The notes under the pieces are model-generated. The model made no database searches and had not been told where the DNA came from. It saw nothing but the letters and a program-made list of their open reading frames with translations. DNA of 63,523 nucleotides, counting the filler, from Lenisia limosa (taxonomy: Eukaryota > Protista > Breviatea), in the NCBI GenBank assembly GCA_001655205.1. It is 17 parts of 17 records of this genome, joined end to end, with 100 filler letters (N's around TTAATTAATTAA, not from the genome) between each part and the next. Parts side by side here need not be neighbours in the genome. Positions count along the whole stretch, not along the records: positions 50,525 to 53,659 come from LPNZ01008159.1; positions 53,760 to 55,342 come from LPNZ01001733.1; positions 55,443 to 57,545 come from LPNZ01010060.1; positions 57,646 to 60,831 come from LPNZ01005608.1; positions 60,932 to 63,523 come from LPNZ01002396.1; 12 more parts are not named here. One strand, written 5' to 3'. Below are positions 50,623 through 61,499 of the stretch, in pieces. Numbering within the stretch: the first letter of the stretch is position 1; each line of letters begins with the position of its first letter. A program made the position numbers and the translations under genes.

Positions 50623-52560
50623 TTAGGCGCAAACTACTGCAAGAAGAAGGTGGTACGAAGACTCGAGTTTTCCTGGTCACTGGTTACCTTCTTAGTTACT
50701 ACATCTTCAATAATTCATATTTTTATTATATGCTCTCTCAACATGCTCAAATGCTCAAATGTCTGAAGAAATCACATGGATCGCACAAAAATGGCGGGTT
50801 CGATTATATAAAACCCCCATATTGTCAATCTTGTTTGACAGATTTTTTTGTTCTTTCCCCCTTTTTCAGTTTTCTGCTGTGTTAATGAAAATTACAATCG
50901 AAAAAAACATTTAATTAAGCCATTTTGCCGCCCAAGACGAACTACAATGGACCTCGACGACCCCACTTATCGCCCCCACAGCCTCCAAAGCTTTGTTGCT
51001 GTCTCGGTATGTTCTTATATCATTCAAATCAACGAGTTAAATCATTCTATTGACACTCTCCCTCTCCAACCATCTAGCGCGCCAAAAATTCCAACCTCTC
51101 TTTTATGCCTCTTATCAAACAGTGTAACGACTGTCATACATACCAAGCACTGGTGAGAGTAGGACCACCGACGTACCACTGTTGCTGTTGTAGCCTGTTT
51201 CAGTCCATTCGTGTCGTTCACTTTGCTTCCAATGTTCTGGAGCAGATCGAGAGTTTCATTGATGTGAGCCTTGAGAGCTTCTCTTTCGGAAAAGAAATAC
51301 AATTACAGTACAAGGATTCATATTACTACATTGAATATTTTAACCAAAACAAGCATTTCTACTCCATAGACTGGTGTGTTTTTTGATAGAGAGTACAAGA
51401 TGTGATGGGGTTCTGATAGAAATGTGTTTTGTTTTGGGGATATCAAAGGAGGGCGTATTTGATAGATGGTAGATATCCATATGTTTCAATTACTGTTTTT
51501 TCTACTTTTTTTTTACTTCTTATAATTGTGAGAGTAAAGAAGTATTTTGTTTTCTTGCTCCCATTAAATCCCGTTTTGCAACTCAAAAGCAACGATGTAC
51601 AACACAATTAACATATGATATAATCAACATAATACTTATTTTTTGCAGTCTCTTGTTATTGCTAACTTACTTCTGACACCATTTTTTATTTTGTTATGCA
51701 AACTTTCTTTTGACCCCTTCAGACCTCAAATCGCATTAACATGGGGGGTACTTTTGCCGAATCCGCGTCGGATTGTTCCATGCACTCCGAAGATGAGGAG
51801 GTGAGAACTGGAGATTTTAATTGGATCACTTTCACATCCAACAATATTGAATTGACCTTGTGGACATAATTTTTTGAGGAAATTAATTGACAAAATTTGA
51901 AATGAAAGATTTTTTGGGTCATGTTGTTTTTTTAAAGAGAACTCCATTTCAGATTTACTTTGTACATTAATTTCTTCAAAATGTAACATTAAGGATATTT
52001 CGTCATTTTTCGAGGATTTACCGCCAATTCAGTCTGAACAATGGATTATGACGATCGTAGATCTACCAAGAAGAGCCAAAGTTTTCACTCAAAAGGCGGA
52101 TTGATGACAGTGATGAGTATGTTTGGGTGGTGTTGAGATTAATGAGATGTTTGTGTAATGATGAGATTGATAAGATGTTTGAATAATGATGATTGATGAG
52201 ATGTTTGAGTAACGATGAGATTGATAAGATGTTTGAATAATGATGATTGATGAGATGTTTGAGTAACACATACACTCTCACACACACTGAACCGATGATA
52301 TGATTAATTATTATAAGCGTGATTGTGTGGACAGCTTCGGCCAGAAACAACCTTGTTTTTTTTCTCATTGCTGTATACAGTGACCGGGATAAGTCTTGAC
52401 CGATTTGCTTTATGACTTCCCAAGGAAAATAGGTCAAGACTGATCCCGGTCACTGTATTAACATCTGACATTAACTTTCAAGTCTCTTCAACTTTGACGC
52501 CAAACGACAGACAGTACGTTCCAATTTCTGGGGTAGACAAGAATCCGCTCACACTCATCA
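50623..52560 (+). CDS. Multi-exon unknown protein(s)
   Basis: GT-AG-bounded pieces such as LFQSIRVVHFASNVLEQIESFID|TSNRINMGGTFAESASDCSMHSEDEE|. Not fully joined. Confidence 0.35.
52130..52270. repeat. 54-bp minisatellite (~2.5 copies)
   Basis: gatgagatgtttgagtaacgatgagattgataagatgtttgaataatgatgatt is repeated. Confidence 0.85.
52378..52455. mobile_element. MITE family C (Tc1/mariner-like: CAGTG TIR, TA TSD)
   Basis: TA|cagtgaccgggataagtcttgaccgatt...ggtcaagactgatcccggtcactg|TA. Other copies at ~15810-15878, 17845-17915, 34570-34648 and 40656-40733. Confidence 0.88.
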
Positions 52561-53471
52561 ACTGGTTCGGGGGGTCCCCATACCTCCTTAGTTTCTGTTT
52601 ATTTTTTTGTTTTGTTTAAATTGTCCTTTTTTTTCACCACCCNNNNNNNNNNNNNNNNNNNNNNNNNNNNNNNNNNNNNNNNNNNNNNNNNNNNNNNNNN
52701 NNNNNNNNNNNNNNNNNNNNNNNNNNNNNNNNNNNNNNNNNNNNNNNNNNNNNNNNNNNNNNNNNNNNNNNCTTGCGAATTAGAAAAAGCGAAGCGCTTC
52801 TGTGTATATTAGTCTTTAGTAATGTTTGTAGATTAGATAATTATGTTGTGTAGTACTACCATTTTGAATATTGTGTCTGTTATGTCTGTTGATTAGATTT
52901 CTTTTGTGTTATAGATTTGTTTCAATCGAGTTTGTCAATACCGGCATCAACTTGGGATACCAATGTGGTATTTGCAGAATATTTGACTCTTACCTCGATA
53001 TTTGGGAATTTTAATTTCTAGGTCATAAATTTTTCATGGGGTTCTCATATAAACAATTCCTTTTTCAGAATCAAGTCCCACCAGGGTAGTTTGCTGGGAA
53101 GAACGCACCCTTGGTGACGACAACTCTTGGATGTGTGAGACACCGGTGGGATCGGAGTGGGAAGAACGCAGCTGTGCACAAAGTTGTGACAAACAATTGC
53201 GTGACCAGGACCCCATGGAATTAAACGCTACACCTATATAAGTGTGAATGGCATCGGCTACAGTCTTATTTCTGAAACAAAACAAACAAAAAAAGCCCAG
53301 AATCAACTCTTGGCTAACTATACGATTGAAAACAACCCAGTCGCTTTTGCACGCATCCCATCACTCCAGCGTATGTACGGGGGAAAACGAAGGAAATTTC
53401 GGAGAATATTGGCAAATTGTTGATTATCCTTGTTCTTCAAAAATGAGAAAAAAATACATGATATAGACAAC

Positions 53472-53629
53472 TTAGTTGACAAGATTGAGGAAGACGTCTT
53501 GGAGTGAAGGTAGTGAGAGACTCCAATCCATGATACTTTCGGGGGAATTCTCGAAAACCGACACAATGTGGGGCAGATCCAGGCCTTCCTCGGAAAGTTC
53601 CAGATAAGCTGGGTACGCCTTGAGGGGCT
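53472..53629 (-). CDS. ABCA-type transporter, terminal exon
   Basis: EPLKAYPAYLELSEEGLDLPHIVSVFENSPESIMDWSLSLPSLQDVFLNLVN* matches the ABCA C-terminal I.DWSISQ.SLEDVFL motif. Confidence 0.7.
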
Positions 53630-53759
53630 CTGAGGGGTAAAGAGAGAATTTAAGAAATANNNNNNNNNNNNNNNNNNNNNNNNNNNNNNNNNNNNNNNNN
53701 NNNTTAATTAATTAANNNNNNNNNNNNNNNNNNNNNNNNNNNNNNNNNNNNNNNNNNNN

Positions 53760-53846
53760 GGAAACATTCCCCCCAATATGTATGACACTTCCAAGAAGGA
53801 AACATTCCCCCCAATATGTATGACACTTCCAAGAAGGAAACATTCC
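53760..53846. repeat. 39-bp tandem repeat at scaffold start
   Basis: ggaaacattccccccaatatgtatgacacttccaagaa x2, plus a partial copy. Confidence 0.85.
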
Positions 53847-55177
53847 GCGAGCAATTGGAGGAAGAGATTTGTAACTTGAGGGCCGAGTTGTCTGCCGAGC
53901 GCATTGAGAGGGAACAGGCCATTTCCGACCTTCAATGTGGGTGTTTCATTATTGAATTGATACTCTCTGAATTGTTGTTTCCTAAGTTGCCGGTTTTTTT
54001 TATTTTCCCTAGCTACGGAGGCACACCTGGCTAACTTGGTGAAGATCAATGAAACTCTTGCTGATACAGCTAAAACTGTTGTAAAGAAGAGTATTGCTCA
54101 GGTTTGGGGGGGGGGGTATAGAAGAGGGCTAGTTTGTAGAAGTCACAATAGAGGCTTAACTCCTCTATTCTGAAGTTATTCATATCATATTATAGTATAT
54201 GATATATATATCTGAAAATGGCCAATAATTGAGTCTCTCATCTCGCTCACTGCCTAGGAGAAGCCGAAGAAGAAGAAAAAGAAGGTGCCGTCCTATGCGT
54301 AAGGGGCTGATGGAGTTGGATCATGCATTTGTTGTTTCATTTACATTAACCCTCCAGAAGGGACACAAATTCCTCATCAGCGAAACACTCGACCACTCAC
54401 GGGCACCACAGTGGTACCTCGAAAATCACGATACCGTACACTTTGCCTTTCCTGGCGGGTAATGAAGGTCAGGAATATGGACGAGCTTTGGGCTGTGTTT
54501 TCTGCGGTTCAGTTCCGAGCTTTTCACTAACAATCCTGGATTTCAGAATTTTGGTGATCTGTTTACTTGGGACTAAAAAACACACCACTCTTTTTATTAC
54601 GAATTTAGCCCACTCCCTCTTTTATTACGAATTTAGCCCACTCCCTCCTTTATTACGATTTTAGCCACCCACTCCCTCCCGGGCAATGTTCAGAGCTTCA
54701 TCGGAATGTCTCGTCGGTCTCCGTCTCCCCAGGTATGTGGGTAAATGGGCAGGGTACCGCAGGTATGTTATATGTAGTAGTCTTTGGAGAGGCTGGTTTG
54801 CTGACAGTTTCTGAAAGTGTCGTAATTGTCACAATTTAGTGTCGTGCTTGTGACCCCCCTCAAAACACGAAGCAAAGTGGGTGGTTTGTAAGATTATGGC
54901 AAATATTGGTGATTATTGAAGCAGTTGGAGAGTATCGGCTCTCGTGGTACTAAAAGTAATATGTATTGGGTATAAAGGGGTATTTTCCCCATCTCATACT
55001 CACATTTTTTTTCCCCGTAAAGTCTCTCTTGAAACTAGGATCATAGAGATCTAGCGGTTGACTGTTATTAACATCCCTGTAGATGATGAAGCTTCCATCA
55101 GAGATGTAATCCGGACTTTGGAAGAGGAGGTAGCTTCAATGACCGAGGAGTATGAGCAGATATTGAAGCAGCAAAAT
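53847..55177 (+). CDS. CEP57-like centrosomal coiled-coil protein, internal exons
   Basis: EQLEEEICNLRAEL...|...EKPKKKKKKVPSY|...TLPFLAGNE|ATHSLPGNVQSFIGM...|...DDEASIRDVIRTLEEEVASMTEEYEQIL resembles the CEP57 IPFVAG..SH...NVQ and microtubule-binding L.EV...L.DE...M segments. Confidence 0.55.
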
Positions 55178-56109
55178 GGGTTGGAGGGGTAGGGGGTACA
55201 TTCCTGTAGGGAATTACATTAACGGTTTAGTCGCCACACAGCAACTATTTTACGGTCACTTTCCGAAGAAATTCGTAAAAAAGATGACCAAGTGGGGAGT
55301 GGGTGTAAAGGATGACCAAGTGGGGAGTGGGTGTAAAGGATGNNNNNNNNNNNNNNNNNNNNNNNNNNNNNNNNNNNNNNNNNNNNTTAATTAATTAANN
55401 NNNNNNNNNNNNNNNNNNNNNNNNNNNNNNNNNNNNNNNNNNGGGTTGCTGTCTGACACCAAAAGCTGGAGATCTTACCCATGTGCTAATGGTCATGATA
55501 CAAATGTATTCATCGCTTACAGAAAAGAAAACTCGGGAATTGCACTAGTTTAGTAATACATTGGATTCTTCTCACCCATCACCCGTAGGTTGGCATTATC
55601 CCCACACAGATCCGCCACTGGAACGCCTAGTGCCGCAGTGGCCGCCGCAACGCTTCCGTCCGGCACCCCTCTCCCCACAGCTGCACCACGTATCCTTCTG
55701 GAGTCCAAATTCTGTCGATTCAAGTGGCAAATCAGTTGGGGGGGGGGGNNNNNNNNNNNNNNNNNNNNNNNNNNNNNNNNNNNNNNNNNNNNNNNNNNNN
55801 NNNNNNNNNNNNNNNNNNNNNNNNNNNNNNNNNNNNNNNNNNNNNNNNNNNNNNNNGTTTTTCTTTTTTTTTATGTTTTTCTTTTTTTTCTTTTTTTTCT
55901 TTTTTTTCTTTTTCTTCGTTCTTCTTCTTTCTTCTTCTTTCTTTTGTTTTCTTTATTTTTTCTTCTTTTTTCCTTTCTTTTTTTTCTTTCTTTTTTTCTG
56001 TTTTTTTTTTGTCTTTTCACCCTTACATTTCAGCCAACCCGGTGCTGCGCCATGCCTGGCCTCCACGGTGTCACGAGGAAAGAAGAGCTGGCGATCCGAC
56101 AGTACTCAC

Positions 56110-56741
56110 CTTCTTTTCACCCTTGAGAATTTTGTTTCCAACAGTACTTTCAACACAGTATCTAAAAGGAGTCAATTAGGGTTTGTTTACCCTTTCATAC
56201 ACACTCCAGAAAATAACAAAATGTTCAAAGTAAACTTGTTAGGAGGTGTTTTTTCCCATGTTTTGACACCGGATAAATCCGTATTCCTAAAAAAAATACC
56301 ATAATTTGACTAAGTTAACCTGTTGATCATCAGAGGAGAGCAGATAGTATTGCCACTCCCCCACCAGTAGAGAAGTTTATCGGCACTGTAAGGCCCATTC
56401 GACGCCAATATGTCTCAAGAAGGTCGCAAAGTTCCTGAGGCAAACAAGGGGATCAGTACGCGACCGCCGTCGTCAACAACCTCATGGACTTCGCGCAAGA
56501 AGTCACGTTCGCGTACACGTTCACTGTCACGGATCGTGTTACCATATCTGTAATGTTATACTGACTTGGACAAAATGGAGTATTAGGTATTTGACTATCG
56601 ATACTATGTTTTTATTTTCCTTGGTGTTCAAGCAAAATGGTACCGTTAGGCCCCACGTGGTTTCGGTAATCAAAACGTCAGGTCGCATCCTGTCAATCCA
56701 GGCCCCTCCAAGATGCTGGTCCGCTGTCATGTTGTAATCTC
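56110..56741 (-). pseudogene. INTS11: INTS11/CPSF3L (beta-CASP nuclease) fragment with frameshift
   Basis: [28 protein letters not shown]|[37 protein letters not shown] [11 nt missing] [25 protein letters not shown] ... YCVESTVGNKILKGEKK. The in-frame read hits TGA at 56417-56415. Confidence 0.75.
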
Positions 56742-57039
56742 CTACAAAAGAAGTGGGTAGAAGAGGTTGTTGAACGAAAAGGCCATGGTGGTATAGAAGC
56801 CTATTCGTAAAGAATATCCCGCCTTGGTGAATATACCCCCCAGATTATTGATGCATCCAATCTGGTTGCCAGACAATTGCCAGAAAACAATGAAATTGCA
56901 CGACGTAAGGAAGGAAGACGTCCTCCTTTTTTTGGTTTTGCACTCAGTTCTTGATGTTCACCTTCTTGTGTTGCTNNNNNNNNNNGCGGGTGCGCCTATG
57001 GATTCTGTAAGCCCTCTCTATTGACTATTTGGGTTTATT

Positions 57040-57500
57040 TTTAGCAAATGTCCACTTTATCCCATTCAACACAACAATCACAAACTCCAGCACGCGCCAA
57101 ATCCTGTACCCAAGCCTTCGAACCAACGGGTGCTGTTGCCTAGTTCAGCAGTGGGTGGGGCATGTTCATATGATTCGAGGCTCAGTTGAGCCCTTTGTTT
57201 CAGCGTATTCACCTACTAATGGAATCAAAACCCTTACAACATAGATGGTCGCAATCTGGATGTGATGTGATGGGGATAAGATAAGATGCCACATTGTGAG
57301 AGGGATAAAGATGCCACATTGTGAAGATGTTGAGGAGAAGATGTATGGGGAGTGGGAATGGGAAGAAGGTCATGTGATAGTGGTCCAATTTCCTCCCACC
57401 CCCTCTTCCATACCAGCCCTGTGCTGGGACCGGATATAAAGGCTCGTTCAGCAATGAATAGAGATGGGCTTTCTGGTTGAAGTTGTTTTGCTTGTCCACG
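57040..57500 (-). CDS. Two exons of an unknown (membrane?) protein
   Basis: HVDKQNNFNQKAHLYSLLNEPLYPVPAQG|WQQHPLVRRLGYRIWRVLEFVIVVLNGIK, in compatible phase. Confidence 0.4.
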
Positions 57501-57645
57501 TGACCTGCTACTGTTTGTTGAATGTATCTGTTCAGCTTTTGTTGANNNNNNNNNNNNNNNNNNNNNNNNNNNNNNNNNNNNNNNNNNNNTTAATTAATTA
57601 ANNNNNNNNNNNNNNNNNNNNNNNNNNNNNNNNNNNNNNNNNNNN

Positions 57646-58856
57646 TGTCCTTGGTGGTTGAGGACTACGTTCCAATGGCGTACCGACGGGTAGCCCTCAG
57701 GTCTATGGTTGGCATCGGCGCGCTTGTCGGCCTTGGTGGGGGGGTGGAGGTGGAGGTGGAGGTTTCACATCGGTTAGAAAAAGAAGACTCAAATATCGAT
57801 AGTTTTCGAGGATTTATTGAGAAATTCAGTCTTTTTTCGAATCGAAGGGAAGCCTTACCTAACAATATCCTATATAACTATTACGACAGATAAGGTGACT
57901 ATCAAATAACTTATTCTGTTCATGATTTGTACCTTTCCGCCAATCTTCATAGAAATTTCCTTCGTTTTACTCCCCCCCCCCCCCCNNNNNNNNNNNNNNN
58001 NNNNNNNNNNNNNNNNNNNNNNNNNNNNNNNNNNNNNNNNNNNNNNNNNNNNNNNNNNNNNNNNNNNNNNNNNNNNNNNNNNNNNNNNNNNNNNNNNNNN
58101 NNNNNNNNNNNNNNNNNNNNNNNNNNNNNNNNNNNNNNNNNNNNNNNNNNNNNNNNNNNNNNNNNNNNNNNNNNNNNNNNNNNNNNNNNNNNNNNNNCAA
58201 CCGAGTAGATTTGGGCTTTTTTTTTTTTATTATTTTTTTCATAAATATTCCAATTTTACTTCCCATCCCTTCCCATCATATATGCCTTCCCATCCCTTCC
58301 CATCATATATTCCCATTGTCCACCCTACATTTTCAAATTTTGCCAAATTGAGTTGATGTGGGCTTTTTTTGTTTCATATATTTTTCAATTTACACCCCCC
58401 CCCCCAGGCGGAATGCCAGGCCAAGATGGATGCATGTGTCCAAGCCAGGAAGGATAAAAAACTTCGTGGGGCGGAGGAAGGTTTTGAGAAGAGAAATAAT
58501 GTACATTACAAATCTAGGGAAACAAATAAGTAAAACAACCAATTGGAGTGTAAAGGGTTTTGCTCGGAGACATATTCTCGGGCAGAAGCGATTGGCCTGG
58601 GCTTTGTTCGCTTTGTTGTTATCAACCCTCGTGTGTTGCCTGCCAACAGAGTTGATAGGGTTTCATAAATTTTCCAATTTTACCCCCCCTTACAGGCAAA
58701 AAGCAGGCCAAAAAAGACAAAAAGCAAGCAAAGAAGGACAAAATTGTCCTGAAAAAGCAGGTCAAAAAAGAACACAAAATCGAGAAGAGGAAGGTGAAGA
58801 AGCAGAAGAGACAGGAGAAATTAGAGAAGAAGAAGCTGGAAAACCCCAGTAGCTGA
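57646..58856 (+). CDS. Protein with lysine-rich C-terminal tail, 3' part
   Basis: LVVEDYVPMAYRRVALR|...|AECQAKMDACVQARKDKKLRGAEE|GKKQAKKDKK...KLENPSS* (exons 58408-58480, 58696-58856). Confidence 0.55.
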
Positions 58857-59749
58857 TTTAGTTGAATCATTTAGTGTTTATTTAATGTTTATGTATTCTG
58901 ATACTGTTTCCCCAAATAGGGAGAAGGTTGGGGACACTAACATGTAAATGCACATACATCTTTTTTTTATAAGAATTCAACATAATAAAATCCCAGGAAA
59001 CAAACACGGTTATTGAAAATGTGAATTTTTTAATAAAAGTAACCTCGATTTGGGACCTCCTGCTCTACGGCGCAATTTGGGATCCCCATGGAGTATTTGG
59101 CAATCCCATAAATTCTCTCTGATTTCCATAAATTACATGGGATCCCAACCTTTCCAAAAGAATTCATGCATACATATGATCTACTATAGAGGGACGAAAG
59201 TGCTGAGCCGGCCATGTACCTTTCCCAACCATAAACAATGATGAACATCTTGGATTCAATGTGTAAATAAATATGAGTTTTTAATCAAAAAGTTCATGGT
59301 ACAATGGGAATACTCCACCAGACAGAGGGCTTAAGAACACTATCGCTAGGGCTTCACTTCGGTTCGAAAAAAGACTGAATTTCTCGATAAATCCCCGAAA
59401 ACTATCGATATTTTACCGGCTTTTTCGCACCGAAGTGAGGCTATCTATTTAACAGTCCCTCCGCTTTGAGATATCGAATTAGAACTTTATCACACATAAT
59501 GAACACCATGACGCAGACACCATACAAAATACACACATACACATATAATAAACACTTCTCTAGTCAATCACCTCATCAATCACATTGACATCTAGAATGA
59601 TGAGAGGGTAAAAAGCAGATACATTTTGGTGAAAAGGAAAAATGTGTGAAACCAAAAATATGATAACATTGAAATGAGAAAAACCAACAAACAAAAAAAA
59701 AACAAGGCCTTATTGAGATACACAAACAGAAATCAAAGCCAGGCATACC

Positions 59750-60743
59750 TGGATTATTGAGATCCTCAAGTACATCCTGGAGTAATATGGTAGACTCTCT
59801 GGTGGGGAGCGTTGGGATCTCACTCGATGACAGGTCCAAGTCTACGGGGTGAGAGGAAGGGGGTACTACTACGGCTTCACTTCAGTAATTATATTATACA
59901 AATAATCCAATCTTATAAGCGTGATGGTGTGGACGNNNNNNNNNNNNNNNNNNNNNNNNNNNNNNNNNNNNNNNNNTGGTGTTGATGATAATCGGCACTG
60001 GAGGGGGGGCTATACGGTGAGGAATGTTTCTGGTATTATTGATTTATCAGCTATTATCTCATGTAGTTTTGCTTTATGATATACTATATAGCAATGAGAA
60101 ATAATAATAATAAAAAAGAAGCTATATCACGCTTCACAGGTTGAATCAGTAAAAAATGATTAATTTACCTAATCTACAACTCTGGGTACACAGTTTTCTG
60201 GTGCGTCCCCAGCTTATCATCATAAATATCTTATCATCACCAGACCCAGCATAAAATTTTTTGTACCCCCCCCCCCCCNNNNNNNNNNNNNNNNNNNNNN
60301 NNNNNNNNNNNNNNNNNNNNNNNNNNNNNNNNNNNNNNNNNNNNNNNNNNNNNNNNNNNNNNNNNNNNNNNNNNNNNNNNNNNNNNNNTCGAAGACCGCG
60401 GAGTATCACTGAAGGGTGAGAAATGTAACTAATGTAATGAGGGGTTGACAAACGTAGTGAGGGTGATTGAATCATATACTGAAATTGATTTTATGCCATA
60501 ATATGTCCAAGGCTTCACTTCAGTTCGAAAAATGACTGAATTTCTCGAATAATCCTCGAAAACTATCGATATTGTCCAGGTCTTTCTTGAACCGAAGTGA
60601 AGTCCTAGGTGTGTCTCATCAAATTTTGAAATGATTGTGTTGAATAAACCCCCTTCCCCCACAAGGAAGTTCCAGTTCCGGACGGGAGAACGGTCAAAGT
60701 TTCGGTCAACTCTCCAGCCGACGTGATACCCAGTTCTTGTTGT
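59750..60743 (-). CDS. Multi-exon unknown protein
   Basis: QQELGITSAGELTETLTVLPSGTGTS|...|DLDLSSSEIPTLPTRESTILLQDVLEDLNNP|gtatgc. Confidence 0.4.
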
Positions 60744-60944
60744 CTGGGGAGAGGGGTCAAAATGCAAAATTTAAAAAGACAACACACGAGAGTTGATAAC
60801 AAAAGAACAAAGCAGGCCAGTCGCTTCTGCANNNNNNNNNNNNNNNNNNNNNNNNNNNNNNNNNNNNNNNNNNNNTTAATTAATTAANNNNNNNNNNNNN
60901 NNNNNNNNNNNNNNNNNNNNNNNNNNNNNNNAAATCACCCAGAG

Positions 60945-61364
60945 TGAAGATAAACTCCACCACATTGAGGTGCCCACCCCAGATGGCAAAATGCAAGGGG
61001 TGATGCCCTGACTTAAGGGTCAGTATTGAAAAAGGGTATTCACATAATATAATCTTGACCTCCTAGTTAGACCGACAATGAACAGACAGACAGAAACAAC
61101 GAGTTACCCACCCAGTTTGAAGTGTCAACATCAAGTTTCAAGCCACCATCTTTTTTAGCTTCTGTGAGAGCTTGAAGATCTCCATCCCGGCAGAGGTTCC
61201 TGACCTCCTTCTTTGAAAGCTGAATTATGGTAAGTGGAGAGGGATAAAATTCAAAAAGTTTGGTAAATAGCGTCAGTAATTGTCAATAATTGATAGTTAG
61301 ACATTGTTTTATAATCAAAGAGCGCTTGTAATACCTAAAAGGTAGCCATACAAACCTTAGCCAT
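60945..61364 (-). CDS. Ankyrin-repeat protein, 5' part
   Basis: MAK|LSKKEVRNLCRDGDLQALTEAKKDGGLKLDVDTSNW|SGHHPLHFAIWGGHLNVVEFIFTL contains the ankyrin G.TPLH.A...GH..VV..L consensus. Confidence 0.8.
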
Positions 61365-61499
61365 TGATTAGAAAGCTACAAAGACATTAGCAGCTTCTAC
61401 CCCACCCTGTATCAATACTATTTATTTAATTATATATGTCTAGTGTGTGTCTAGCTCTATAAATGCAGCAATTTGGAACTCAAAAATGCTTGGTTTTAA

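Noticed and set aside
54733-54762. 20-nt intron plus 10-nt micro-exon (GGTACCGCAG) in the CEP57-like gene
   Set aside because: A 22-nt exon at ~54923-54944 with normal-sized introns fixes the phase equally well.
53760-55342. CRISPR-like arrays (39-, 28- and 29-bp repeats) and the palindromic family A repeats
   Set aside because: These are tandem units with no unique spacers, or dispersed elements with TSDs. No cas genes; eukaryotic context.
55561-56304. Long Phe-rich ORFs in the supplied track
   Set aside because: They are artefacts of N runs plus a T-rich low-complexity tract (55860-56015). Most ORF-track entries containing X are likewise spurious.
57040-57140. PEX2-like assignment of the 57 kb exons
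   Set aside because: The resemblance is too weak to support a name.
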